A DNA stretch of 62,965 nt, filler included, from Reticulomyxa filosa (Eukaryota; Protista; Foraminifera): NCBI GenBank assembly GCA_000512085.1. It is 24 parts of 24 records of this genome, joined end to end, with 100 filler letters (N's around TTAATTAATTAA, not from the genome) between each part and the next. Parts side by side here need not be neighbours in the genome. Positions count along the whole stretch, not along the records: positions 11,508 to 16,232 come from ASPP01013039.1; positions 16,333 to 19,879 come from ASPP01003736.1; positions 19,980 to 21,475 come from ASPP01002018.1; positions 21,576 to 28,156 come from ASPP01001896.1; 20 more parts are not named here. The stretch is one strand, 5' to 3'. The position numbers were made by a program, and so were the translations under genes. Shown piece by piece: positions 12,421 through 25,139 of the stretch. The notes below the pieces were generated by a model, which made no database searches, had not been told where the DNA came from, and worked only from the letters and a program-made list of their open reading frames with translations. Positions within the stretch are counted from its first letter, which is position 1. The number at the start of each line of letters is the position of its first letter.

Positions 12421-14314
12421 ACGATTGCATTAACTTCACACGGTTGAGGCTTTTCTTGTACAATTTCGACATCTGGTAAGGGGAAATCAATCACAAGCTC
12501 GGCAACTTTTTTTGGGCGTTTTTTCAGTTCCTCATATTCATCAACGGCTTGTTGTAAATGAGTTTTGACAATGTTCAATTCGTTGGACAAGTTATGGACG
12601 ACTTCGTCCATCTCATGAAAGAAAGCTTGCAAAGAGATTGCCGATGTTTGTTGTCGTTGTCTCTCATCTGTTTGTTTGTCCATGATATCACACCACACGA
12701 ATTTCCATTCTTCAATCACACGTCCGGACATTTTCTTATTTTCATCTTTTTCAACAAATTGAAGATTTAGTTCGTCGAGTAAATACCAATAGTTTTCATT
12801 GCAACTTTGTAAATGTTTCAAGTCTGCCTCTTTGTGCTGCAATTCCTCTTGTGTTTTTTCAATGCTTTTCTTCTTCTCTTCGCTTTGTTGTTTCAATGCA
12901 TTCATCGTGTTCGTTAAGTCTTCATTTTTTTCGCAAGCACTTGTCAACCGATTCTTTTGTTTTTTTAATTGTTCCTCAGTTCCGTTAATTTCGTCTTCTT
13001 TTCCTCTTTTTTTTTTTTTAAAAAAAATAAATAAATATTTTTATCAGCTGTATACGTTGCAAAAAAAAAAGAAAAATAGGTCCATGAATAGAGTAAAACA
13101 TATATCAGTTGAAAGTGATGTGCATCGATAAACTTCAATTTTGTATTTAAATATGCTATGTCATCATCCATTTCGCGCAACTGTTCTTCCTGATGCTTGA
13201 TTTCTTTTTCATGATCCGCTGTTAGAGTGACCGTGAATTCTTGAAATTCTTTCGAAGTTTTTTCCATTGTTTCTTCTTTGTCTCTTATTGTATGTTCCAA
13301 TGTCATTATTTTGTTACGTGATTCGATTATACGTTTTTCCAACTCTGGGATTGCAGATTCATCCAGTTTTTGCTGTAGGGAGAGAGAAAAAAACCGAGTG
13401 TTTTGTTGACAAAACCAAGTAGAACTTTAGCTTTTTGTTTGTTTTAATATTTAAAAAATATTTTTTTATATTTTTTGAAATTGGTGAAACCACTTAACCA
13501 CAAGTGTTGCCTTGTCGTTTTTTAATATTTTTATCTCTTTTTTTAATTCTTCAAGTTCCTGGTTCAAAGATTGATGTATTGACTGTTCATGTCTGAGTTG
13601 ACCTAGCAGTTGCGTATTGGGATACTTTTTACTTTGGATCTCTTCTTTTCGTAAAGCTGTTTTATTCAAACATTATGCGTTTCACAAAAGGTGTGTTTTT
13701 TCGTTTTGGTGGGTTTTTTAAACGTACCAACAGAAATTAATGTTTGCAATTGTTTGGATCTTGCGTTTGCATTTTTGTCACATCGTTGCAACCCAGAACT
13801 CATTCTCAAGTTTTTCTTCAACAATCCAACAACAAAAATAAATTATCACATCTTGTGTGCCAAGAGAGGGAAAAAAAAGACCTGTTTCAACGCGTTGATT
13901 TGTCTTTTCAACTGTAAATTTTCCTCTTTCAATTCACTCATATCTGGTTTTTCGATATCCAGAAATGTCTGCACTGCGTCCCATTCTTGATCGCTAATTC
14001 TTGAAAGCTCTAGTCGACTTTTGGCTAGTTTTTTTTAGAATTGCAACAACTTCAAAATTTTTTGTCACTTGTGCACTTTTTTTTGTTAGTTAAAGAAAAG
14101 ATAAGGCTGCATTACTCATGACAATTTGATTTCGGGTGGGAGGTCCAGTCAAACATATAGTGCAAGATTTCGGCCTTTGTGGAGTTTGTTTATTTTCTAT
14201 CGGTGGATATTCGTCCATAGTAAAATTTGCATCAGAAACGGATTCTGTTTCAGGTGACACATGTTGATTATCATCACAATTCAGGCATTCCAAATTAATG
14301 TCTGAATCGCTCAT
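11508..14314 (-). CDS. Multi-exon coiled-coil protein with long DTPK(A/V)x repeat tail (3' partial; frameshift near 11880)
   Basis: E/K/Q heptad-rich exons at about 14030-13880, 13660-13500, 13375-13105 and 13005-12500, followed by a hexapeptide repeat. Adding one A at CCTAAAC restores the repeat frame to the contig end. Confidence 0.7.
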
Positions 14315-15188
14315 ATTTTGATATAGATTAGGATGACTAAATAGTAATAAAGTGTTACGCTTTACGACCAATCATTGACTATTTGGGTCACGTTGAAATG
14401 CTACTTACTCATAAACTGTTAAAAAAACAAAAAAGTCAGGAAATAATTCAAAAGATAAAAGTTGATTGAGTGTTATATTTTTGAACCAAAGCGAGTAAAA
14501 GAAAAATATTTGCTTTGATATTGTACAGTATTATAATCTCTTGAGAGTGAAGAAAAATAGTTTTCATTGTACAAATGATGGATCGGTAGATGTTTATTAT
14601 TTCCACCAAAATTTTGGCTCCAAAGTGTGCTTTCAACAAACTTGATTTTTGGCGTGCTCTTAACAAAGTGTGAAAAAAGAGAGACAAAAACAAAAAACAA
14701 AAGCAAAAATTTTGGGAAAAAAAAAGGAGTAAAGGTGACACAAATAGCCAATATGTCACTGTTTGATTGTGTACCTTACTGGAGATCTTTGCACAAGGAG
14801 AGAAGATGGGAAGGGAAAAAGACAAAGAAAAACGATCTCACAACAAATAACAAAACAACAAAAGGAACTTGAACAAAGTCGCAAAGCAAACAATTCAAAA
14901 AACAAAAAAGCAAGATCAAGCATTATATGCAAAAAATAGTGGAAGAGAAATTATTAGAGATATTTTTTTTTTTTTTTAAGCCATGCCATCCCAAAGAAAG
15001 AACTGATCATTACATTGCAATGTAAAAGCTCAGAGGAAAGCAAAAGGAGCCAAAAAAAAAAAAAAGCAGAACTTTACATATGTTTTTTTTTTTTTTTGCA
15101 CTAGTTTCCAATAGTTATTGTTTTCGCACAATCCTTTGGATTGTATGCGTGTGTATGTGTATATGTGTAAGTTATGTGTGGTAACAAG

Positions 15189-16138
15189 TTATTTGATTTG
15201 TCTTGCCGATTCAGAATGTGGAGGCGGCGAAGAGTATTTAACCTTTGCTTTCTTGGAGGCAGTCCCAGCATTGCTTTTGCCAGTGCTATTGCTGTTTCCG
15301 TTGGCATTTTCGGAAGCGTTGTTATTGCCAGTGAGACCACGTGCAGACTGGGACCGCGCACTCGATGATGGTTTGACAGGCGGAGGAGGAGCTTCTTTGT
15401 CCAAATCCTCGCCGTCATTTGGGGTATCGGGTTCCTTTTGCTTATTGCTTTCGCTGGTATCTACCACAGCACTCTCGCCATTCTTCGTGGTGTCAGTCTG
15501 ACTTTGATCTTTTTCCTCCTGTTCGATCTGCTCCATCAACTCCTTAAACTGCGGCGATTGCAGATCGATGGGAGCCTTGAACGTGTAGCCCCAAAAGTGG
15601 GATTCGTCGGTCGTTTTGCTGGCGCCAAATTCCGTTTTCTCTTTGATGTCCTTTTGATCTGATTCCAAGGTTTCGAAATTTCCGTCAGTGTCATTTTTTA
15701 AGTGTGGAATGAAGGGTGGTCGAATGCTTTGCATGCTCTCAAAATCCATTCTTTCATATTTGTTATTGTTTTATATTACTATTTATTTATTGTTATCACT
15801 TTTTTTTTTTTAACAAAAAAAAAAAAAAGAAGAGTCTTACTTGTGAGCTTTGAACCATTCGTGGTTGCAAATTTCCTTAAAGCCGTATCGCCTTCGCTGG
15901 CTACAAACCAAGTTTTTAATCAAATCAATGCATGCGGATGACAAGCCGATGTCGGTGGGTATCTTGAAATGCCGGCGATAGTGAACTATTTTTTTGCATG
16001 TGTTCAAAGCGTCATCGTCATAAAATGGAGGATAGCCAACCACGGTCTCGAACATGATCACGCCCATGGACCACCAGTCCACCATTTTGTCATAGCCTTT
16101 TCGGTGAAACACTTCTGGTGCAATGTAATCAGGAGTTC
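15189..16138 (-). CDS. NDR/LATS-family AGC kinase, C-terminal two exons
   Basis: [39 protein letters not shown] tail PPFIP..DTDGNF and NDR-type hydrophobic motif FWGYTF. Confidence 0.88.
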
Positions 16139-16399
16139 CTTTGGTATATAGTTTCCCCCCACACACACACAAACACATACGCAACAAAAAAAAAAATTAA
16201 AAAACAAGGAACCCAAAAAAAAAAAAAAAAAANNNNNNNNNNNNNNNNNNNNNNNNNNNNNNNNNNNNNNNNNNNNTTAATTAATTAANNNNNNNNNNNN
16301 NNNNNNNNNNNNNNNNNNNNNNNNNNNNNNNNTTTTTTTTTTTTTTTTTTTTTTTTTGTCATTTTTTTTTTTTTTTGTCTTTTTCTTTTTTTTTTTCTT

Positions 16400-17532
16400 T
16401 TTTTACATGCCACTTAATATGTGGCGAATATATGGGGCAATGGCCCCAATCCACAGCGGCATCCCCCACTGTATTATTAGTGAGAGGACCCGCAACCAGT
16501 CCACCTCCACCACCATCATCTCTATCACCTCCAAATACCGCCACATTGTATTATGGAGGTGTTGATGGGCCATAAATGAGCCCACATCGGCGCGATTTGC
16601 CATTTGGCAATACTGGCCACCACGACGATATATTTATGTTGGTTATGGCCAGATAACCAACATAAATAGATGCTGATGCCAGCATCAAATAAATAAACAT
16701 TGCAAATATTATTTGCAATGTTTGGCCAACGTCCCCACTTTTGGCTCAGTAGGGGATGTTGGCATTTCTATATAAATAAAAAACACACATACACACACAC
16801 AAACAAAAAATTCAATTAATATCAAAAAAATATATATAAAATTTATCTCCTTTTTTTTTTCGCATACTTTGCTGTTGCTGTCGTTGTTGTTTTTGTTGCA
16901 TCGGTAGCAACTCCTGTTGTGACATCCATTCTTGTTGCTTTGTCCGTAGCTGTGTCCGTGGATGTGTCCGTGTCCATGGCTGTGGCCGTGGCTGTGGCCG
17001 TGGTCTTGTCATTGGATTGGGCGGAGACGACGGTGGCGATCGCAGCAACTGCTGCAAATTCTTCCAATTATGGAAGTTTTCCATTTTTCTTAATCGCATC
17101 ATATTGATGCTCATTTTCATTTTTATTTCATAGTCGCTGCAATCATCGTCATCTGTACCATCATAAAAAAATATATTATTATTATATTTGTACATATACA
17201 CACACAAAAATATATATATGATTCATATTCAATTAAAAAAAAATAATGATCATAAAAAAAAAAAAAAATATGCATATGTAAGTACCTTGTTGATGTGATA
17301 TGTTTGGCCATGGTGGGGCTTGTGGCAGTTGCCGGAGCGATTGTTGCTGTGGTGTTAGCTGTGATTGGAGCTGTGGTGAGAACTTTGGTTGGAGCTCTTG
17401 TTGTCCTAAATTTTGATAACGTAGTAATCTCTTGACCCGGCGTCCGACTATGTTTTTTTTTAAACACACACTTTCACAAGACCACAACAAAACAGATTGT
17501 GTATCTGTCTCCATACCATTGTTGCTCGCCAT
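16400..17532 (-). CDS. Thr/Ala-rich low-complexity protein, exon structure uncertain
   Basis: ATG at 17532 and T/A-rich segments (TTAPITANTTATIAPATAT, TATATATAMDTDTSTDTAT) separated by AT-rich intron-like tracts. Confidence 0.35.
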
Positions 17533-18909
17533 GTTTGCTTTTTCTTTTTTTTTTTTTTAAGAAGATGTCCCTTTGTACTATATTTGTTACGAAAAAAAAA
17601 AAAAATTGGTTGCCGATGTTGCTGATTGGTTGGAGTTGTTGTGTGTTATTCTAAATTATTTTTTATTACAAAAAATTTGTGAAGATTGTTGTCATTCATC
17701 CAAAAAAAAAAAAATTCATTTCAACAAAAAAAAGTCTGTTAATTTTTTATATCACACAAACCACACATGTCAAAACACAAAAATTAAAAGTTTTCTGAAA
17801 TAAAAAAGTTAGAACAAAAATCTTGTGCCTCTCTTTTTTGGAATATTCATAATAAGAAAAAGACAGCATGTGAAACATTTAACACACACAAAAAAAAAAA
17901 AAATCATTTGTGGATGGATAAAACCCTCGAGAAAATGACAACAAAATAAAAGTCCATCCACAGTCAAAAAGATAGACAAAAAGACTCCTTTTATTATTTA
18001 ATTTATTTCGTTTCTTTTTGTGAAACATTACCAATGATAAAAAATTATTCTTTTCTATGTTACGAAAGGAAATCATGCAAAGATGTTAAAAATTTTTCAG
18101 AATCAGCAAAAATCAAAAGAAAAATCGCAATTTGCTATTTTACATTAGTTTGAACAAATTTATATCTAATAAGCAATTGTAGATATTTAAAAAAAGAGTT
18201 AAATTTTAGTTTAAATTTTCAAATAATTCCACTTGTTTTGGAACGTTTGTACTTTAACACAAATGTTATCATTTTAATTTTTCTGGTCTACGAAAGTGAA
18301 AGTTGGCATTGATCTAAAAAAAAAGCCTATCCCCTTTAGGATAATAATCCTTTAGAAGTGATAAAGCAATGAGCGGAAATGTTGGAGCACTTTGCGGAAT
18401 GACTTGCCAAAAAAAAAAAAAAAGGTGTGTTAAGCTTGCACACAATTACGCCAATTGCCAAATGGATCAAGAGTTTAACATTTCTTTTTTTGCAGTTGGA
18501 TAGAGTCATTGGAAAGTTGTTGCAATCGCTGACCCAGTTGTAAATGCTTTTCGGTGCAGTTAATTTGCGACCTTTGTTAATGAAAAAGAAGTATTGAGAT
18601 TGATGGATATTACAATCAATCAATAATGGACTGATCATACAAGCATTATTTTCATTGGACTATATTTTTGAGTGTATATGTATATGGATGAACAAGTTGT
18701 TATTTCAATTGTCAAAACAAAATAAAATAAAACAAAACCATTTGCAAAGTGAATATAGTTAATGGACGCATCGTTATTTCCAAAACGAGTATCTTGAAGC
18801 CCAAATGCGAAAGAAATTCAAAAAAGAGTTGGACAGGAAATTGTGAACAAATAGACATTTGATTCGGCTGCTGATTGCATCTGCATGTATTCTATAAAAT
18901 TTCGTATAT

Positions 18910-19644
18910 TCATTTGTGTCCATTTGTGTATTTGCTCCCATCAAAGGCATCAAATGTTTTCCCTTCCATTGTCGCTTTCAATTTTTTTTTTTATGCCGAA
19001 ATTCACGGATTTTCTCGTGCCGTTCGATCACGAATTGATGTATTGCCAAATCATAATTGTTCCAACGATCTCGTTTTCCATCAAATGTATAGTTCTGATT
19101 ATAAAAAAAAAAAAAAAAAAAAAAGCACAAATATTACACACCATTGAAATATATATAACGTCTTATGTCTCAATTTTTATTTATTTGTTTGTTGGATATA
19201 TACATATATGTACATATATATATATTTACCCATTTCTCGGGAAGCAATTCGTCTTTTTGCAAATCTGTGTTTGTGTATTTTGCCTTTACTTGGTCAGGTC
19301 GTTCTACACAATCCTTTGTCTTATGTGTTCCTTCGCCACAGTTCTCACAACGGCCCTTTTCCCAACGTATTTTATCTTTTGCTTTTTTATTGATACCTGT
19401 GCTCACTACGTCGCCCACTTTTGCCAATTTCGAAAAATCTGACGTCAGTCGCTGATATCTGAATCTTGATCTGCTGTCACTTAAATACTCTTTTTTTTTT
19501 AACATTATACTGGGGAACACGTGGATTGATTATATATCCTTCGTCATCCACCTCAGCTGGTGCTGTACCAAGTTTCTTGAGCTCTTCTAACTCTTTCTTC
19601 TTTTTATAATCATCTCGACCAAACTTTATTATTCCTGCAACCAT
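18910..19644 (-). pseudogene. SLU7: Splicing factor SLU7, truncated and frameshifted copy
   Basis: [35 protein letters not shown], zinc knuckle CENCGEGTHKTKDCVERP and FDGKRDRWNNYD. Frameshift in the A10 run at 19491-19500. Similarity is lost after about 18950. Confidence 0.8.
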
Positions 19645-19814
19645 GTCCTATCTTTTTTATTCTTCAAAATATTGAGACCCCTTTCTGAGTAAAACAAAGA
19701 CCCCGAAAAGTGTTCACAACACTTTTTGTGTAAGTGAAATTTGCGCTTGAGTTGTTATGTTTATGATTTGTGAAGCTTTTGGGATTTGTGTATAATTTCT
19801 AAGTCTATGTATAA

Positions 19815-19879
19815 AATGTTAGTCTATGACTTGGGCTATGATAGACTGCCCTACTAGGCCAAGTCATAAACTATACATT
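19815..19879. repeat. Imperfect inverted repeat with arms of about 24 bp
   Basis: AATGTTAGTCTATGACTTGGGCTA pairs with TAGGCCAAGTCATAAACTATACATT. Confidence 0.7.
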
Positions 19880-20337
19880 NNNNNNNNNNNNNNNNNNNNN
19901 NNNNNNNNNNNNNNNNNNNNNNNTTAATTAATTAANNNNNNNNNNNNNNNNNNNNNNNNNNNNNNNNNNNNNNNNNNNNGAAAAAAAAAGAAAAAAAAAT
20001 CATATTGAGCTTTTATTTCTCAGTTAAACTTTGTAATGCTTTCAATTTAATTTAACGTTCGGTATTATCTCTCACTGTTTACAACAATAACGCAGCCTTT
20101 TTTTTTATTGTTTGCATTGGCTGAACGCTGTTATTCCGACATTGCTTAATTATATTTGAAAGATATAATTAACATATTGTCGATCTTGTCCAATTTATAT
20201 CTTTTATTAAAATGACAGACACATAAGTAAATTTTTCTTTTTGCATGAGTAAAATTTTGTAAGTGCGACCGGTGATACTTTTTGAGTTAACAAGTTTTGG
20301 GGATTGCCTGTCATAATTGATCTTTGAATGCAAACAA

Positions 20338-21442
20338 ATGCAGGTTCAAAAAAAGAAAACCATGTGCACAGATACTACAACTAACAAAGCGTTGATGAAT
20401 TCGGAAGCCAATTCAGTGATAAGTCAAATGTATACTCGATACAAGAACCCACCAACAAAAACACTACAAACCCATCGGCATTTAGGAACAGGAGCATGTG
20501 TGGGATACACGCTACAACTAATCGGAAGATACATACTTAATTGGAAGGCTGTGTCACCTAGTTTGTTTTATAGTAGTAGTATACTATCACTTTTGTTTTT
20601 GATCCATTTATTTTGTTTCGTGCATCCGTCTTCGTGCGACGGACTTGAAAGCGATTATTTTGCCATGGGTGTGACGCATGGTAGTGATTATTTAGTTAGC
20701 AAAGATGAAGCTAAAGCTCACCACTATAAAAACAAAATGAAACTTGAATACCTGAAGCGTTCAATGGGCAACGCGATTGTATTGAATCTGTTGGCGCAAT
20801 CCTACGTTATCTTTCCTTCGATCGAGTATTGCGCGACTCACAAATGTATTGCGTTATTACTCAGTGATGTTTGTGTGGCCATTGAGCTCGTACAAATGTG
20901 TTATTTCGCGCAATATTTCCAGCCTCATCAATACCAACTGGCTTTCAACTTTGTTCTCACGTTTTTACCTGGTAAGACATCGAGACACGCGAGGACATAC
21001 GTATACATACATTGTTTGTGTGTAGCACTAGATTGTCAATAATGTGACACATTTTTGTACAGAGAGGGTAGGAAATAGGATTGTGTGTACATAATTTTAT
21101 TCCAATACAAAAAAAAAAAAAAAGAATTGATTTGTACTTTTTTTTGACTCTTTCCATCCTTTTCAAAAAAAAAAAGTTTTTGTGGCGCTGAGGAATATCG
21201 CAAATACTCCAGAAAATATTTACATCAACTATTATTACTTGAACGTTTTTGGCACGCTTTTGATTTATTTACAAAGCTTTTGGTTCTCTGCTGTGGTCTT
21301 TCGTTATGATAAGTCCGGTCACACACAAAGCATCCATACGAACTTTGGTTTGGCTTTCATTGTTTTATCTTACTTTGCTATGTCAATGCTGGAATTGACA
21401 TCAGAAAGAATTCTTGCATTGATATTTGGTCTTCCTGTGTAA
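20338..21442 (+). CDS. Multi-pass membrane protein of unknown function, 2 exons
   Basis: ORF 20317-21042 has a GTAAG donor near 20972, and ORF 21182-21442 follows an AAAG acceptor. Multiple hydrophobic segments. Confidence 0.6.
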
Positions 21443-21575
21443 AAGAAATTTGATTGAAACGGAAGAAAAAAAAAANNNNNNNNNNNNNNNNNNNNNNNNN
21501 NNNNNNNNNNNNNNNNNNNTTAATTAATTAANNNNNNNNNNNNNNNNNNNNNNNNNNNNNNNNNNNNNNNNNNNN

Positions 21576-22487
21576 ATATCCCATATTCGAATAGTAAAAT
21601 CATATGATCCAGAACAAATAGTATAACCATTACCACCAATTATACCAATATTATTCATTATATTATAATCATTGTTATTATTGCATTGTAATGGTGAAAT
21701 ATCCACACACCAAACACCATCTTCATGTCCATTGAAAACATGTAATGATTTTGATGTTTCAACATCCCATAAACGAATTGTTTTGTCATATGATCCAGAA
21801 CATAAATATCTACCACCATTAAATGATGAAAATTCAATACCATAAACACCATCTGTGTGTTGATTGAATATTTGTAATTGTTGATTATATTTGAAATCCC
21901 AAAAACGAATTGTTTTGTCAGTGGACGAAGAACAAATGACATTTTGGTGATGATTATAATAATGATATGGTGAAAATTTCACATAATGCACAGGATCTGA
22001 ATGTCCATTGAATGATCGAATTTGTTTGCTGCTATTAATATCCCATACACGAACTGTTTCATCATTTGATCCTGAGCAAATAAATTGATCATCATCAAAT
22101 GTTAAATAATCAATACTATTCACACAATATTTGTGTCCGGTGAATGTTTTAAGTAATTTGGATGACGAACGAAAAATATCAAATATAAAAAAATTAATGG
22201 CCTGTGTTAAATATTAATTATAGATAAATATTTTTTTGGGACTATTTGTTTTGATTTAAAAAAAAGAAAAAGAAAATCATAACATAATCAACAACAATTT
22301 TGTCAAAATTATTAATCCATCCTAATTTAATGTTTAATATTCGAGTCCAATGATGAATAATGATTTGGATTTCTTTTTCTTCTAACTGATTCAATTACAA
22401 ATTACATATAATTACAACCAAAAGACAAACAGAAATCTAAAAGATTAAAACGAAGCATACCAGTGGCATCTGTGTTTCAGTAGTCAT
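21576..22487 (-). CDS. WD40-repeat protein of the expanded family (3' partial)
   Basis: Short exons MTTETQMPL and EIQIIIHHWTRILNIKLGWINNFDKIVVDY, followed by WD repeats (CSGSNDETVRVWD, CSGSYDKTIRLWD). Confidence 0.93.
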
Positions 22488-23032
22488 TCTTGACCTCTTG
22501 ACTTGTTTTACTTAGATCAATAATCAATATCAATGTTTAAAGGGCTCTTAAAACTATTTTGAAGAACATTTTGAATAACTTTAAACAAAATAATTTTTTA
22601 AAGAATAAAAAAGAAATATTTGAAAACTTCATATATGAGATTATTAATAATCTCGATAAACCTGTCACCTATGTGTTTTTTTTATTGAATTGAAATCAAA
22701 ATACCAAATATGATATTCAAGGACACTTATGTTATAATTTATAGATTTTTCGCATTTCTGATTTTTAAATACTTATCAGTCATTCCATTTAATACTTTTT
22801 TAAAATAATATATTAAACATATGATCGTTATACATAGTCATAACAAAGCTTATATTGCTAGTGTCTCCTTGAGCAGAAATATAAACTGTTTGGAGGTGTT
22901 TTATTAAATGTTGATAATCATGAACATAAAAATTTTTATTTATAAGCAAAGCAAAACTGTACAATAAATAATATTTATTTTCAAAATACGTTTTGATCTA
23001 AATAATCTTTATTTAAACAAACCAACACATAT

Positions 23033-24867
23033 TTACAAATTTTTCAATTTTGACATCACTACTTGTGTTTTTTGATTATTTTCACCAAATTTTCGAGTAT
23101 AAATCGACAATACATTTTCATAACACTTCTTTGCCTCCATTTTGTCACCTTTTTTACAATGGATATCTCCTAAAATATCATATGAATTACCAATGTCTGG
23201 ATGATTAAAATCAAATTTCATCAATCTCAATTTCAATGCTTTTTTTCCAAATTCCATCGCTTTGTCATATTCTTGCTTGTTATAATAAATACATGCCAAA
23301 TTGTTGTATGAAATGGCGATATCAATGTGATCATTTCTAAATTTATCCAATTTAATTTTTAATGATTTTTCATGATATCGAATTGCTTTGTTGTATTCTC
23401 CTTTATTTTCATAGACAATTCCTAAATTATTGTATGAAGTAGCAATACAAATGTGACCATGCCCCAATTTGTTCAAACTAATTTTCAATGATTTTTTATA
23501 ATATTCAATTGCTTTATTGTATTCCCCTTTATTTTGATAAACATTTCCCAAATTATTGTACAAAGTAGCAATATTAATGTGATCAGGTCCCAATTTATCC
23601 AATCTAATTTTCAGTGATTTTTCATAATATTCAATTGCTTTATTGTATTGTCCTTTACTTTTATAAACAATTCCTAAATTGTTGTATGAAGTAGCAACGC
23701 CAATGTGATCATGCCCCAATTTGTTCAAACTAATTTTCAAATCTTTTTCATAATATTCAATTGCCTTATCATATTCTTCTTTACAGAAATAAGCATTTCC
23801 CAAACTGTTGTATGAAGTAGCAATATTAATGTGATCAGATCCCAATTTATCCAAACTAATTTTCAAATCTTTTTCATAATATTTAATTGCTTTGTCATAT
23901 TCTCCTTTGTCTTTATATGCTCTGCCTAACCAATAACAAGACGTTGCAACATCAATATCAGAATCTTGTAATGTTTGCAATCTAAAGCAAAGTGCAAAAC
24001 GAAGTAACTGAATTGCCTCATTCAATTTTGATATTTCTAGTGCATTTTTTCCCAATTCCATTAAATTTTCTATATTTATAGGCCAGGGGCAAGTAAAAAC
24101 ATGAGAACGGAAGTGATAACGAATAACAGATTGATTAGTAGGAATAAGTTGCTGAGTAATATGGCAATTCCCAAATCCATCAATGACACAATCAACAGCA
24201 TAAACACATCCATCAATTATGATATTATCAAATGTAACACTTTTTGAATGGAATGAAGAAACAGAATATGATCCAAATATTAATTTCTTTTTCATATATT
24301 GACTTGAATTAATCATCATTGAGAAAGGGATATTTTCTTGAGATAATCGATTATTTGATTTTGCTAATTGATCAATATTTATTGCAACAACAACAATTCC
24401 TTGTTATTTATTATTAATCATTTCATTTACCATTTCATGTGCTTTTTTATTTGCTTTATTCCATGAAAAATCTTTATCAATTTCTGCACTTCTATGTGTC
24501 ACGACATTGTAGAATTCATCTTGTTTTTTTTCATTTTCTGGATATTTTTCGTCATCATTATCTATTTTATCAATCCATTATTGTTGTTAACAAATAAATT
24601 ACTTAATAAAAATAGAGACAAACTGTAAATAAAATGAATAAAAAAGAAAACAGGTTTCGTTTTGAATGTGATTCTTAATTCTCTGTTACTGGTAATATAC
24701 TGGCCATTGCTATCAACAATTTTAAAATGAGGTATAGAATATCTTGTTTTACTGTTAGTGGTATTAATAAGATCTATCACTTTTTCTTTCAATCTTTTTA
24801 ATCTCAGGGAAACAAGTGTCACTTCATGCATTTCTTTTTCAATAGAAACAAAAGCTTTGTAAGGCAT
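23033..24867 (-). CDS. PB1-like N-terminus, unknown middle domain and seven 42-aa TPR repeats (kinesin-light-chain type)
   Basis: Exon 1 (24867 to about 24624) splices to exon 2 (about 24561-23033). Repeat consensus IATSYNNLGxVYxxKGEYDKAIEYYEKSLKIxLxKLGxDH. Confidence 0.92.
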
Positions 24868-25139
24868 TCTTAGTTATTAATTATTATAAAACTTTAAAGT
24901 TCCTTGTTATTACTAGTTTTTTTTGACACCTTCCAATAACTTTTTAAAAGAGTAGAAAAGAGGATCAGTTCAATGGAAAATCTGTATTTCCAAAAAAAGC
25001 TATCAAATACTTTAGTAAATTAGTTTTTTTGTCAAATGTATAAACAGTCTTATATGTTATTATTATAATTTGATGTTATATCTCCAGTTCCACTTATTCT
25101 TGCATTACAATCGCACACAATTAATATTCACATATCTCA

